A stretch of DNA of 16,624 bases, from the UHGV virus genome UHGV-0349119; one strand, given 5' to 3'. Numbering within the stretch: position 1 is the first letter of the stretch; each line of letters starts with the position of its first letter. Of the stretch, positions 16,321-16,624 are shown one piece after another. The translations under genes and the position numbers were made by a program. This DNA is from a virus. Under the pieces are notes generated by a model, which was given only the letters and a program-made list of their open reading frames with translations, ran no database searches and was not told the origin of the DNA.

Positions 16321-16624
16321 ATGCATCGTATAGACACGAAAACCGCGCAGAAGGATAAGTTCGGCGCGGGTAAGAACGGTTTTACCCGTGGTAACCCCCA
16401 GACCGGCACGCCTGCCACCGATCTGGATGATGACTACTTTGACATGTTGCAGGAAGAGCTTTGTGGCGTGGTGGAGGCATCCGGTGCCAGCCTGGAGAAG
16501 GGGCGGCATGACCAGCTGCTTACCGCGCTTCGTGCGCTGCTGTTAAGCCGCAAGAATCCGTTTGGCGATATCAAATCGGATGGCACCGTGAAAACGGCTC
16601 TCGAAAACCTTGGTTTGGGAGAAG
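16321..16624 (+). CDS. side tail fibre protein, N-terminal part (runs off the window end)
   Basis: ATG at 16321 with a GGAG RBS, not in the supplied ORF track because it has no stop in the window. [47 protein letters not shown]... is a conserved enterobacterial prophage tail-fibre N-terminus as I recall it. Confidence 0.75.
   Translation, partial: MHRIDTKTAQKDKFGAGKNGFTRGNPQTGTPATDLDDDYFDMLQEELCGVVEASGASLEKGRHDQLLTALRALLLSRKNPFGDIKSDGTVKTALENLGLGE

Larger units (their letters stand above)
6685..16624. mobile_element. degenerate SfV/KplE1-like prophage remnant at a thrW core (extends beyond the window end)
   Basis: att core, then P22-type int/xis, YfdT/S/R-like genes, DUF968 and zinc-finger genes, then a Mu-type baseplate module and tail fibre. 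No repressor, replication, lysis, packaging, head, sheath, tube or tape-measure genes in between. Confidence 0.75.

Noticed and set aside
926-16509. Numerous 60-165-aa ORFs nested inside or antisense to the larger CDSs (e.g. 926-1171, 1679-2014, 5221-5463, 5821-6129, 7673-8002, 7905-8303, 10272-10544, 11259-11507, 12000-12497, 13168-13536, 14227-14685, 15413-15664, 16111-16509)
   Set aside because: They are shadow ORFs fully overlapped by longer, better-supported genes, mostly in GC-rich prophage DNA where stop codons are rare.
6748-16624. Identification of the prophage as E. coli e14
   Set aside because: The tail-module order resembles e14 (jayE-ymfQ-stf), but e14 integrates in icd with a different integrase; here the att is a thrW core with P22-type int/xis.

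Overview
Composite window with three parts; nothing below was checked by a database search. (1) nt 1-117 match, from memory, p15A-replicon backbone of pACYC-type plasmids, ending abruptly at 117/118. (2) nt ~118-6684 is a visibly AT-rich island carrying three large uncharacterised co-directional ORFs (549-4148), a convergent membrane-protein/small-protein pair and a tyrosine integrase. The three-ORF cluster is the best candidate for an undescribed system, possibly defence-like; its third protein has an Mrr/DUF4365-like PD-(D/E)xK nuclease motif. (3) A 49-nt 3' fragment of tRNA-Thr(CGU) at 6685-6733 marks an att junction, followed to the window end by a higher-GC degenerate prophage: P22-type int/xis, YfdT/YfdS/YfdR-like early genes, a DUF968 protein, a zinc-finger protein, then a Mu/SfV-type baseplate module and the start of a side tail fibre gene. 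No rRNA, CRISPR array or IS element was seen.
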